DNA of 64,000 nt, taken from NCBI RefSeq assembly GCF_000143415.4, contig NW_003314302.1:1339752-1403751 (forward strand). Direction: 5' to 3'. The stretch comes from Selaginella moellendorffii. Taxonomy: Eukaryota; Plantae; Lycopodiophyta. The notes beneath the pieces are model-generated. The model did not search any database. It saw only the letters and a program-made list of their open reading frames with translations, and had not been told where the DNA came from. Of the stretch, positions 15,701 through 27,244 are shown in pieces (position 1 is the stretch's first letter; every line of letters begins with the position of its first letter). A program made the position numbers and the translations under genes.

Positions 15701-18015
15701 GGTACTTGCCAGTACCCAGAAGCAAGATCTAGCTTGGTGAACTAACGACTTCGCCCTAGATGATTTAAGAGATCAGCAATGTGAGGAAGAGGGTACATAT
15801 CTCGGACTGTCACTTCGTTTAACGGATAATAGTCGATGCAGAAACGAATACTCTCATCAGGCTTCGTCACAAGATGGGGTTCACATGCCCGAGGACTTTG
15901 TGACTTCCGACATCTCCTTGACATTTGCTTGCAAAATTTTGATCTCCTTGGGTGACCAATGACGAACAAAAACCTTAATTAGACGAACATCCCTAGTTGG
16001 AATTGGATGATGTGTGGCAATCTTGGCCCCAAATAATTGGTCAAATTCAAAGAAATCAGAATACTCATTCATGATCTGGTCAACCATTGCAACACAAAAA
16101 TTGCCAAAGGGATTAGAAAAGGGAATAGCAGAACAAAACGGAAACATAGGAGGAAATAGTGGGGGAACAAAAGCAATGGGAGTAAAGGTAGAAGTAGAGG
16201 GATGAAGAGGTATGGAAATGAGAGGAATTGATGAAACATAAGGAAGTATAAGACAGGGGGGAGAAGCCTCAAAGTCACATTTGACATGATTGCACTACAA
16301 CTAATCCATACTAAGAATGATATCAAAAGCTTGACTCGGCATCACCTGGAATGACTACAACTCAAGCTCGAGATCACCCACATGCACAACCAGGTCCACC
16401 TCATCCCATGCACATACATGTGTACAGCTGTTGCTATAAAGAATGAAAACTAATTCCGCCGCACGACGCAAATGTAAACGGCAATGTGTGGCAATAGGTC
16501 AAGCAATAGAAGATAAACTTGAACTTGTATCAACCAACACAGAGAGAATAATAGGAGACCTCTTGTTATAAAAACAAGATTAGAAAATAAACATTGGATG
16601 AACCGGTGCCAAGTGAACCCCTTGATGATACTCCTGAAATAAAGATGGAAGGGTCACTAACTTATTCACGCAAGGTCCCTCCGTTACTCATGTGACTCCT
16701 TGTTTCCCAGTTGCATTTTAGTGTAGACTTTCCATTGCAGTAGCACCAATGGGACGTTGCTGACGCCAAGGTCTCCACCTAGGAAATGGAAGTCACCAAT
16801 CTGGAAAACGCCGACAACGCTAATAAGTATGACCAACTTCATCACACGCCCAGCAGCGAACATCACAACCATGACCACATCCTCGCCCTTGTCCTTGAAC
16901 TCGAGCAGCAGTAGCATCAACCTCCATTGGAACATGACCATCACTTATAGAAAGTGGCACTGAAGGATGTGTAGCAAGAAGTGGAAAAGGCGACGTCTCA
17001 TAATGTTGTGCTAAACGAAAAGCATCGTCAAGGGTGGCAAGAGCAAGTACATGCACAAGTCCGACAAGATCTTGATGAAGTGCTGGCCACAACATTCTGA
17101 GCTTGATCCGCTCTGACATATTTAGCTTTGCATAAAGCAAAAAACTTCGGAAACAAATGCCAAATTGCATCACTGACTCAGATGGCTCTTGGCGAAGACG
17201 ATGCAATTGTTGGAAGGCATCATCATAGTTGTTGGCATGTCCGAAGGCGCGTTTGAAGACGTCCAGGAGAACATTCTAATCCCCACGAGTGGCTGCGCTC
17301 AAACCATTGTACCACTGCAACGCCGTCCTTTGGAGACATGTGGGAAACTCACGCAAACGTCAAACATCATCCTAAACATGATATGTGGCAATCATCGTGA
17401 AGTGATTGAACCAATAGTACACATCATCCCCAGGATTCCTGTGAAAGAACTCCAGTCGAACGCAAGGATTGGCACCAAGAGCAAGAGGAGTTATACCACG
17501 TGCCATGAATGCTGCAATCAACTAAGTTTGGTTGTTCAATTGCAAGCACATAACATCAAGGAATTGTATCAATTATTGCTCCAAAGTCAAAAGAGGAGAT
17601 TGCTAATCTACCATGAAGATGAACGAAAAAGAAAAAGCAAAAGAAGATAAATGACAAAAAGCTAGAAGGAAATGGTAGATCTAGACAATGCAAAAAGTTA
17701 AATCTAAACCAAAATCTTGAAAGGAAAAAACAAAAGAAAGGAAATGAAAAAAACTAAATCTAGACGATACAAAAGCTAGATTTAAACCAAAATTTTAAAT
17801 CCAAGCACTCCTCAGGGACAATCAAAAGTGCCCCTCACCTCCACCAATATAAGTGTTTGGAATATGGAAAAGGAATACAAAAAATGTGCATATCTAAAAA
17901 CTCTAGTTTATATATAAAAATGAGTGGTCCGAATTGAAACCAAGTCGATTGTTACCAAAATCCCACTATACTAATATTAATATATAATATTGTAACTGTA
18001 CACTTGGCCCTCACA
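12800..18015 (-). mobile_element. Full-length, inactive Ty3/gypsy LTR retrotransposon with ~170-bp LTRs
   Basis: LTRs 17848-18015 and 12800-12975; PBS at ~17828-17846; PPT at 12979-12991. Order gag (LRQEPSESVMQF, CWACDEVGH), protease, RT ([38 protein letters not shown]), RNase H, integrase (LGRHMGH..C..C, FDLIGPFP, ILSDNGPAF, YHPQSDGLVE). Multiple stops and frameshifts; no perfect TSD. Confidence 0.92.
13708..14213 (-). repeat. 253-bp tandem duplication inside integrase
   Basis: 13708-13960 and 13961-14213 are near-identical (both start gtcaaaacatgaaatgcctcagc and end gacgggaaac). Confidence 0.9.
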
Positions 18016-18199
18016 ATTTTAATTTATTTGTCTTCATTTATAACTCACTTTTATCTTGGGAAAATCTAAAACCAAAAGTTTAAAAGAGTAAATCAGTGAC
18101 AATCTTAACAAGGTTGTACTGCTTAGAGACCATGCGGAGTAAAAACCAGCAAAGATAGCCAAGGCACCAGAATATTCGACATATGCTTGGCTAGGGTTT

Positions 18200-19168
18200 A
18201 TGGAGCCTGATGAGATCAGTGTGGTGCTCCAACGCGCCTCGGATCTCCACACGCGGATCAACGATGCCATCGAGCGCGCACTCAAATCGGAGTTCCTCCT
18301 CACTGCTGGTAAGGCGCGAGATTCTGTTAGCAGCGCTGCTCGAGATCGAGGCGAGGAGGAGGAGGAGCAAGGGTCAAATGTAGGTCTTCTCGGAGAGCCG
18401 AATGCCGAGGCGAAGAGCCTGGGCGCTATTCGCGATGCGCTCGAGGCCTTGGAAGAACAGCTCGAGTGTCTCCAGGTAAAGAGAAGACGCCTCTAATTGG
18501 TCCATGGATTGATCGCTTTGGATGTCGAATTCCAGGCTCTCCAGCAGCAGCAAAGGATGGATCGAGACACAGCGCTCGCGGAGCTGGAGGAGAGCCGATT
18601 GATTCTTCTCAGCCGGCTAAGAAGCCACCATGGCAAGGAATGGGAGATCATCCACGAAGCTCTGGCGTTCGCTGGAGAGCCCGTGGGGATCGAGCAAGAG
18701 AAGTCTCCAGCGCGGATCACGCAGGCTGGAGAGCCGATTAGAATCGAAGAACAGCACGGCGATCGAAGAGAGATCCACAAGAAGTTCGTGGCGAACTTTC
18801 TCGGGATCCCGATCAAGCTGGGCTTGGACCTGCGAAGATTTGCTGGCCGGCTCTTCGGCCCCGGGGTTGGAGTCACCTCTCGGGCGGCGATGGTGATGGC
18901 GGGTGTTCTTACCACGATCATCCTCTTCTCGGAGATTGGATCCAGGCACGAGAGAAGGAGCTCGAGCGAGGCTACCACTGCTCCTCCAGTGATCCCGACG
19001 CCATCGCTGGCGATTCCTCCGAGAGCTCCAGCTATGGAGGAGCGATGCCCTCCAGGCAAAGTGATGATCTTCGTGGATGGGGTCTCCAAGTGCGTCGTCA
19101 AGGAGCGCATCGAGATCCCATTTCGTGGTGAAGTGAGCTCGCCGGATGTGCTCTACGGGCGTGGCTAG
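18200..19168 (+). CDS. PDV2: Plastid division protein PDV2-like; 2 exons
   Basis: N-terminal coiled coil (EISVVLQRASDLHTRINDAI; SLGAIRDALEALEEQLECLQ|ALQQQQ), TM segment, C-terminal CPPGK...CVVKERIEIPF...PDVLYGRG ending in the conserved Gly. 60-nt GT-AG intron 18476-18535. Confidence 0.9.
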
Positions 19169-19268
19169 ATCAAACAGGGATCCATCCAGTCAACGGTGGC
19201 CAATGATAGTCAAACACATATATATTCAAGTAAAACGTTCACGAGATTAGGGCTTTAGGAAGTCAAGC

Positions 19269-22115
19269 ATGCTGGCATTGCTGCTCCTTCTCGTGCCGCT
19301 AGGGCTCAGCGGCAAATCGACACGGCCATCCGCCGGCGAAATTTCGGAGAATCCAGTCGCGGCGGATCTAACGCTTGCACAGGCGCCCAAATTTTCGGAT
19401 TCTTCACTGTAAGTGAGCGATCGAAGGTCGTGGCCGCTGCCTAATCGATGTTCTTGCGCACTGTAGAGGTTTCAGGCTCACGCCAGATGGTACTGTGCAC
19501 GCGATCGATGACACTGGCAAGTATTTCTGGTCTTTTTCGTCTGGAGGGAGCTCGCTCGTGGAGATTGAGCCGATTGAGCAGTATGCCGACGAGGCGGAGC
19601 ATTTCGACCAGGTATCTTAGGTTCTTAGCCGATACGCGTTTTTAGGGACGTGAATTCTCTTGCAATCCTTTCTCGTTTTTTCTTTCAAGTCTTGATAGAA
19701 GAGTTTCCTCCCAGCACTGTCGAGCTCTTGTAGAATTTGCATTGCCAAGCCTTGTTTTTTTACTTATTTGTGGTTCTGGAGCTCACACTTTTTATTCTTC
19801 ACAGGATTACGAGACTTTAAAGAAGTACATTGCTGAGAGCCCGATCGTGAGCGAGGGTGGCGTGGTGATAGGGGCGTCTTTGAAATCAGTGTTCGTGGTC
19901 GACCCCAGCACCGGGACTCTGATCCACAAGTTTGACATCAACGGAACAACGTCTGGGAAGGATGCGGAGCCGCTGCTATCCTCGATGCTCAAGGACTTTA
20001 AGCCCCTCTTCNNNNNNNNNNNNNNNNNNNNNNNNNNNNNNNNNNNNNNNNNNNNNNNNNNNNNNNNNNNNNNNNNNNNNNNNNNNNNNNNNNNNNNNNN
20101 NNNNNNNNNNNNNNNNNNNNNNNNNNNNNNNNNNNNNNNNNNNNCCAGCTTGACTTTGCTTGTCTCTGATGGAAAGCCATCCAAGCGCAAGTTTCAAGGC
20201 ACGAAATTCACACCGATTATCGTGGAGCCACCGTATTACCTCGACTACCTTGTCAAGAACCACACCTTACCTCCAGTCTCGGCTCCTTCAAATGCGATTC
20301 TGGCACTTCCTAGCGGATCCAATCCCAGAAACAGCACCAACAGCGGCAGGGGAAGCTTTCCAGTTGGGTGGCTTTTCGGTGCACTGCTTGCATGTCTGGC
20401 TGTGGTAACTCTGGTGCTGAAAGGAGTGCTACACTTTGGACAGAAAGAAAAGCAGAAGAAGGAAAAGGAGCAGCAGCAAAAGCGGAAGAAACGCAGAGGT
20501 CCGAAGGGTGATCGAGCCTCTCAAGAAAACGTTAGTAAACAGGTGGATGATGCGAAAGTGGATCAACCGAAAAAGCAGGATGCAGATGGAAGAATTGGGA
20601 GCTTGACGATCTCTAAGATAGTCATCGGTTACGGAAGCCATGGCACCAGGATTCTCGAAGGCAAGCTGGATCAGAGGCAGGTAGCTGTGAAGTCGATACT
20701 TAGCGGCTTTTACCACAAAGCCTCGAAGGAAATAGCTGCTCTCATCGAGCTGGATACTCATCCAAATGTGGTGCGGTACTACTCAATGGAGCAGGACAAC
20801 GACTTCGTCTATATAGCTCTGGAGAGATGCAGCTTTAACCTGGAAACATTTATTCTCGTGCACGCTGCTGGCGCAGACAATCGAACTGAAGTAAACGAGT
20901 TCGAGGAGAAAGAACTCCAGGAAATTTTGCAGCAAAAGCTCACCTTGTGGGATAGGTCCTGCCTTCCAAGCCCGTTGCTCATGAGACTGATGAGGTAGTT
21001 TTCTTGTTGCTGGCTCACGTACTATTTTCTTGTTCGCTTTTCATTACAGAGATGTTTTGGAAGGACTCGTTCATCTTCACAAGCTCGGCTATGTTCATCG
21101 AGACTTGAAGCCTCAAAACGTCTTGATTCTTCGGAGTGGCACTTTTCTGAGCGCAAAAATATCCGATATGGGAATCAGTAAGCGGTTGAATGATGGAGCG
21201 TCAGGCATTGACAAGCTTACTACTGGTACGATTCTATTTGCCAAAAACAAAAGAAAGAGAAAGATTTTACGTACGTTTAAACAGGTATGGGCAGTTCCGG
21301 CTGGCAAGCACCCGAACAAATCCAGGGCGAGCGGCAAACTCGAGCTGTGGATATGTTCAGCGTTGGTTGCCTACTTTACTTCTGCATCACTGGCGGACAG
21401 CATCCATTTGGAGGCCGACTGGAGCGTGACATGAACATTGTGTCTGGTAAAATGGATCTCTTTGCTGTAGATCACTATCCAGAAGCTATCGACATCATTT
21501 CAAGTTTGCTTGCCATGGATCCCAAAGACAGGTACAGCACAATCTTTGGATATATTTCTGATCTTAATCCTTTCTGTTTTACACAGACCAACTTCTATGC
21601 AAGTAAAGCTTCATCCATTTTTCTGGCCCCCGCAACAGCGCTTGCAGTTTCTCATCACTGCTAGCGATCGTGTCGAACGCGAGGATAGAGAAGCCAGCTC
21701 GGCGGTACTGACTGCGCTGGAGGCCGTGGCTCCGACTGCGTTGGGCGGCGCATGGGATGAGAAGCTGGACCCTTTACTCATCAACAACCTCGGCCGCTAC
21801 AGGCAATATAACTATCAGGCCGTGCGGGATTTACTCAGGGTCATTCGTAACAAGGCGAACCATTACAGGGAGCTTCCTGCCGATGTACAGGTAACTCTTT
21901 TCTCCCAAGGTTTACTTCTCTTCTTCTACCGAAGTGCTGAGTTCTTTTTGGTTTCTTTTCAGCAAATACTAGGAAGCATTCCTCAAGGCTACGAGAGCTA
22001 CTTCCGGACTAGATTTCCGAAGCTCCTCATGGAAGTTTACAAAGTTATAGCAGACCACTGTTGGGAGGAGGAAATGTTCCAACCGTATTTCTCCGAGGCC
22101 GACGACTACTTATGA
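19269..22115 (+). CDS. IRE1: IRE1 ER-stress kinase/endoribonuclease; multi-exon, spans an assembly gap
   Basis: Signal peptide MLALLLLLVPLG; luminal motifs (DGTVHAIDDTGKYFWSFSSG, SPIVSEGGVVIG..VFVVDPSTG); TM then basic stretch; kinase IGYGSHGT, HPNVVRYY, HRDLKPQN, KISDMG, GSSGWQAPE; KEN domain VRDLLRVIRNKANHYRELP...YFRTRFPKLLMEVY. Confidence 0.93.
20012..20144. other. Assembly gap (133 N)
   Basis: Run of N within the IRE1 luminal region. Confidence 1.
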
Positions 22116-22439
22116 TACACTCCATTATTATCGGTGTCAGCGAAAGACCACTCGCAGCAGCTCGAGCGCTCTGGGCCTTTAAGATTCGTGCGCTTGCAGA
22201 TAATTCTTTGTCTTGTTTCAACCAGCGCCTGCGAGACAAAGACAAACAAGGTATGGCTCTCTTCCCCTTTATAATCGTTTCGTGGTTTCTTCAAAATATC
22301 TAACGCTTGCTCCTTTTCTCAGGTCTCTTCTTCTCTCCCGTTTTTTAGCTTCTCGAGCTTCTACATTGGTTTCTTCGAAAAGTTTGTAAGTGATTCCATT
22401 CCTTTGGTTTTAAAGTTCTCTCCCAGCATCACGCGAGCA

Positions 22440-23338
22440 ATGCCACCGTCCTCGATCATCCGCCAGGCACTGGAAGCTCTGGCCAGTGGCAAATGCGTCG
22501 CCATTCTCGACTCGGAGCCTCGCCGGGCGCGCTCCGTACGCTCCGTACGCAGGCCGGGGGCGAGCTCTACATCGCCATCGGCAGCGAGGTGGCCACGACG
22601 TTCGGGTTGCCGTACATGGGTCAGGTGCTGGCCATGGCCCATTCCCACCCCGTGCTGCAGTGCAGTGCCAAAGGTACGGCAATGTGCCAGGGCTCATGCT
22701 CGGTTGGAATCTCTTTGGACCACAGGAGCCTCAAGACTGGGGCGTCCGACGTGGAGAGGAGCTACACGTGTCGCCGCCTGGCTGGCCTGTGGCGCGAGCA
22801 CAGCTGTGCCTCCAATGGCAATGGTGGTATTGTCAAGCCTCTTACAAGTGCCCAAGAGGCATTTGGGAGAGAATTTCATGCTCCAGGCCATATTTTTCTC
22901 TGTGTGGAGTGCAAAAGCAGCAGGGATCTCTCCTCTCATGGTAAGCTTTTTCTCTCTATTATTTTTCCTGACTGTTGTAATCATCTGTTAGCTTTGTATG
23001 ATTCTTTTTGCTCTGATTGATATTCCTGTGCTTTCTATGATATTAAGATGCTAACTTGCATGTTTTCTCTCAAGCTTTTCTCTTTTTCTTTCCTTTTTCC
23101 TTTTTTCTTTGACCGTTTTAATTCTGTTAGCTTTGTATGATTCTTTTTCCTCTGATTGATATTCCTGTAATTTCTAGATGCTAACTGATCCTTCTAGGTT
23201 GGCTGTGTGATGCTGTGTAATGAGGGTGATGACTTTGGAGCCCTTCCACCTCAGGATGCCAGATTCTGGGCTGAAAAGCACCAAGTACCATTCTTAGCAG
23301 GCCAAGAGATATTTGATTTCACCAATGGCTTAGCTTGA
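22440..23338 (+). pseudogene. ribB: Stand-alone archaeal-type 3,4-dihydroxy-2-butanone-4-phosphate synthase (RibB)-like gene with two compensating frameshift deletions; 2 exons
   Basis: Blocks in order: IRQALEALASGKCVAILDSE / SPGALRTLRTQAGGELYIAIGSEVATTFGLPYMGQVL / SVGISLDHRSLKTGASDVERSYTCRRLAGL / FGREFHAPGHIFL / AKAAGISPLM|VGCVMLCNEGDDFGALPPQDARFWAEKHQVPFLAGQEI. These are colinear with archaeal RibB as I recall it. Intron 22941-23197; stop 23336-23338. Confidence 0.8.
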
Positions 23339-23399
23339 TTGGAAAGCTGGAAGATAAGTTTCATGAATCTCTAAAGTGGAGAGGTGTTTGCATTTCATT

Positions 23400-24660
23400 C
23401 ATTCATTCGTTAGCTGGGTTTTGCGGTGCCCACCAAGAAGCATGAGACTGACGGATTATAGTAAACCGTTTTGATGATCTTGTGATGCCTCTCCCATCCC
23501 ATGTTTGAAATTCCACTTGTCAACCATTACCCCAACCTTCACGAAAATCCGCATCTCGCCCGTCCTATAATCCCCGCTAATGCTAATGTTGTGTGAAATT
23601 TCACATGATCCATCATTTCTAAAATTCTATTTCTATTTTGAAAAAGATTTTCTCATGGGAACCAACGCACGGTCAGGCAAGTTTTAAATGGTGGAAACGC
23701 ATATTCGCGTTCCATTCATAAATACAAGATGCTCGGAGAAGAGAAGAGAAGAAGCGCTTCTGATCATCTCCATCAATGGTAGTACCTATCGCATTTTTAT
23801 AGCCCATGTGGTTGCCTTCAATAGGCGTGTCCTTGGCGTACGGACGGAGAGAAACTTTTGGCTCCGTGCCGCTAACAAGAAAGAACCTCTGCGAGAGAAT
23901 ATAAGATAAGATACCCACGTTTAGTACCTGGATCTTCCCGGAGCGTGGTTTAGATTGGAACCTTTAGCAAGGACACGGCCCTTCTCGATATTTTCTTCCC
24001 TGGCTCCATCTCGATCTGCAAAGCTTAATCCATGGATATGGCTGGCCAGGCCTGCGAGTAACAATGAGAGTTTGTTAGCCAAATATCAAGGAAATAGATT
24101 TTCTATCGCCCATGGTTTGTCACATGTGGATTCCAACAGACAACGAATAAAACAGCTAAAGACACATTCCCTTCACACTCTCATTGTCCCGACACTATCA
24201 CTGGAAAAGGAGAGGATAGACAAATTTTTCTTCCTTTTTCTATCAGCAGAGGCACTGGATGGATGGTTACTAGCTGGTAGTCTATACTGACGAGCGCACA
24301 AGGAACAAATGGAAAGAAACAAACGCACCTATAGACCAAAGCAAAGGAACTCTCTGCTCTAGGTAGACACCTGCGTCTAAGTGAATCGATTCACAGTACC
24401 TGAAAGAACCAAGTTGCTCTGGCTTTGGACCAGTCGAAGAACATATTTTGATCAGCTGGGATCACGCTCTGGGGTCTGACAAAACAGTGGAAGAATCATG
24501 TCAAGGAGAAGAACATTGTCAGAGTACCTGGATCAGACAGCATTCACGTTGCCTAGAACTCTGTAATGCGGCTCTGCCAAGAAAAGAGAGAAACAAAGCA
24601 AAAGGAAAAGTTAGCCAGGAAGAAAGGAGCTTGCTTTGGGGAAATTCGGTGCCATTGATG
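23400..24660 (-). pseudogene. Probable degenerate multi-exon gene of unknown family
   Basis: Series of GT..AG intron-like segments with pyrimidine tracts separating exon-like blocks on the minus strand (e.g. ~23788-23888, ~23928-24051); no continuous frame or recognisable domain found. Confidence 0.3.
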
Positions 24661-24931
24661 AGCAGCAGCTCCAAAAGGAAGAGAGGTGGCTGCCTGCGCG
24701 ACAGCCGCAATTAACTTCTCACTCTCTCCCTCTCCCTCTCCCTGTCCGCGACGAGCACCGAATTCCCACCTTCACACCCAGAGCAGCATCTCAAGAAACT
24801 GTCCAAAACCGATACTTGTCGCAGCAAAAAGAGCTTTGTGGCTTCTCCAGCAGTAGCAATGCCGCGCCGCCACTACGATACTACTCTAGAGGAAAGATGA
24901 GATCGCAGGAAACGAAGAACCTCTGTGCGCC

Positions 24932-25309
24932 TCAATTGTGGACTCTGATCCGATGATGCAGAGGATCCGGGCCGGAAGGCACCAGGCGGTCGGAAGCCGC
25001 GAAGGCATCGTGCCCCGGAGCTTGGCGGCAATCATCGCCCGGGCAGCTCAAGTGGAAGGACGTCGAGAATCCCGCGGAGCGCCGGAGTAGAAATCTTCTG
25101 TTGTCGCTGGTGATAATCTGCCAGGATCGAGATATTTCGTGAGCGATCGATGAGGAGGGGAGGGATCGAGAGAAAAGAAGAGGATTTCCGGATTTTCTTA
25201 CCGGATTCTTGACTCCCCCGCGCGATGTTGATTCAATGCCGATCGCTAGAAGCAGCAGCAGCAGCAGCAGCGCGAGCGTCGCCGAGGAGCGTGCAAGGGA
25301 AGGCGCCAT
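24932..25309 (-). CDS. CLE: CLE (CLAVATA3/ESR-related) peptide precursor, R-type
   Basis: Signal peptide MAPSLARSSATLALLLLLLLLAIG, variable region, CLE box RLVPSGPDPLHH (24953-24988) and a 6-aa tail RIRVHN; single exon, 125 aa. Confidence 0.9.
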   Translation of the reverse strand: MAPSLARSSATLALLLLLLLLAIGIESTSRGGVKNPVRKSGNPLLFSRSLPSSSIAHEISRSWQIITSDNRRFLLRRSAGFSTSFHLSCPGDDCRQAPGHDAFAASDRLVPSGPDPLHHRIRVHN

Positions 25310-25771
25310 TGCATTGGGATCGATCGATCGCTCCTCTCTTTCTTCTCCACACTGGAAGAGGGGAAACGAGGACGAAGAGTTAGGGTTTAAAACCAAAATG
25401 CTTAAACGCGCGACGAGTACGAACGACGCTTGGTACGTGTACGGCTGCCCGTCCAGTCGCGATGACGGGTGAATCCAACGGTGCCAATTTCATTAAAGAA
25501 GAAAAAAGCCCATGATGGATCGAACCCGAGCCCCAAGAGGAAAACAAAAGATACCGCGGAATCATGCCCGTCACATGGAAGGAATCATACCAATTTCCCG
25601 CGCGAATCTTTTCAAACAAAGTGAATATTCTTTTAGGTCAGGGTTTTGGGATGAAGAGGCGCCACGCTCGAGAGCCGTGGCGGCAGTGGCGCCGCCGCCG
25701 TGATCGCGGCCTCGCAGAGCATCTCCACCGATGTAGATCGTCCCAGCACAGGTTGGAACAGGAAATCTTGG

Positions 25772-27244
25772 ATGGATGAATCGTCGATCAATCGATTCCA
25801 GGCAAGCGAGCATCAGCAGCGATCTAAGCTCTCATTCTTCCCTCTCGTCGCGCTCATCTTCTACGAGGTCTCCGGCGGGCCGTTCGGGGTGGAGGATTCC
25901 GTGAGGGCGGCCGGGCCACTGCTGGCGATTCTAGGGTTCATCATCTTCCCCTTCCTGTGGAGCGTCCCCGAGGCCCTCATCACGGCGGAGCTCGCTACAG
26001 CGTTTCCAGCCAATGGCGGCTACGTCCTCTGGATCTCGGCCGCCTTTGGCCCCTTCTGGGGATTCCAGGAGGGATTCTGGAAGTGGCTGAGCGGCGTCAT
26101 CGACAATGCGCTCTACCCGGTCCTCTTCCTCGACTACATCAAGCGATCGGTGCCAGTCTTCGCCACCGCCGCCGCGAGGTACCCCACGCTCGCGATCCTC
26201 ACGGCGCTGCTCACATTCGTGAATTACAGGGGGCTCACCATCGTCGGCTTGGCGGCCATCCTCTTGGCATTCTTCTCGCTGCTGCCATTCGCGATCATGG
26301 GGATTCTAGCTCTTCCGCGGATCAAACCGCGGCGATGGATCGTCGTGAGCATCCGTGAGACACAGTGGCGCGGGTACCTCAACAGCCTCTTCTGGAATCT
26401 AAACTTCTGGGACAAGGCCAGCACTCTAGCCGGCGAGATCGAGCGACCCAGCGAGACGTTTCCTCGAGCTCTCTTCGCGGCAGTGCTCTTGGTGGTGATC
26501 TCGTATATCATTCCACTCCTGGCGGGCACTGGAGTGCTGGATCTCCACCGCGAGGACTGGGAGGATGGCTACTTCGCGGACATCGGCCGGGAGATTGGAG
26601 GGCAGTGGCTCAAGTGGTGGATCAACTCCGCGGCGGCGCTGTCCAACATGGGTCTCTTCGAGGCCGAGATGAGCAGCGACTCTTTCCAGCTCCTGGGCAT
26701 GGCGGAGATTGGGATGCTCCCTAGGATCTTTGCGAGGCGATCCAAGCACGGCACTCCAGTCCTGGGGATTTTGTGCTCGGCCACCGGGGTGGTGCTGCTG
26801 TCGTGGATGACTTTCCAGGAGATCGTGGAGCTGCTCAACTTTCTCTACTGCGTGGGGATGCTGCTCGAGTTCGCGGCTTTCATCTGGCTGCGAGTGAAGC
26901 GCCCGGATCTCCACAGGCCGTTCAAGCTCCAGCTCGGGACGCTCGGGGTGGTGATGTTTTGCCTGCCACCCTCGGCGTTCCTGGTGCTGGTGATGTGCCT
27001 GGCTTCCATGCGGACGATCTTTGTGAGCTGCGGCGTGGCTGCCGTGGGGATCGTCTTGTACCCGGCGATCATGTTCGTCAAGTCCAAGAAATGGGTGGAG
27101 TTTGCTGTGGACACAGAGATCATTGCTCCTCCTCCTCCTCCTGAACAAGATCACGGCGGCCAGCAGCAGCAGCAGCTGATACAGCTCGTTCCAGATGATC
27201 GAGGAGGTGACCAGCACCGCGAACTGCGAGGACAAGTTTCGTAG
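25772..27244 (+). CDS. PUT: Polyamine uptake transporter (PUT/LAT/RMV1 family, APC superfamily); intronless
   Basis: [84 protein letters not shown]; many hydrophobic segments. First in-frame ATG at 25772. Confidence 0.93.
   Translation: MDESSINRFQASEHQQRSKLSFFPLVALIFYEVSGGPFGVEDSVRAAGPLLAILGFIIFPFLWSVPEALITAELATAFPANGGYVLWISAAFGPFWGFQEGFWKWLSGVIDNALYPVLFLDYIKRSVPVFATAAARYPTLAILTALLTFVNYRGLTIVGLAAILLAFFSLLPFAIMGILALPRIKPRRWIVVSIRETQWRGYLNSLFWNLNFWDKASTLAGEIERPSETFPRALFAAVLLVVISYIIPLLAGTGVLDLHREDWEDGYFADIGREIGGQWLKWWINSAAALSNMGLFEAEMSSDSFQLLGMAEIGMLPRIFARRSKHGTPVLGILCSATGVVLLSWMTFQEIVELLNFLYCVGMLLEFAAFIWLRVKRPDLHRPFKLQLGTLGVVMFCLPPSAFLVLVMCLASMRTIFVSCGVAAVGIVLYPAIMFVKSKKWVEFAVDTEIIAPPPPPEQDHGGQQQQQLIQLVPDDRGGDQHRELRGQVS

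Noticed and set aside
19807-20263. ORFs containing X runs
   Set aside because: Artefacts of translating through the N gap.
25957-27235. Long alternative-frame and antisense ORFs over PUT (and over PDV2 and the transposon genes)
   Set aside because: Expected shadows of GC-rich codon usage; no recognisable domains.
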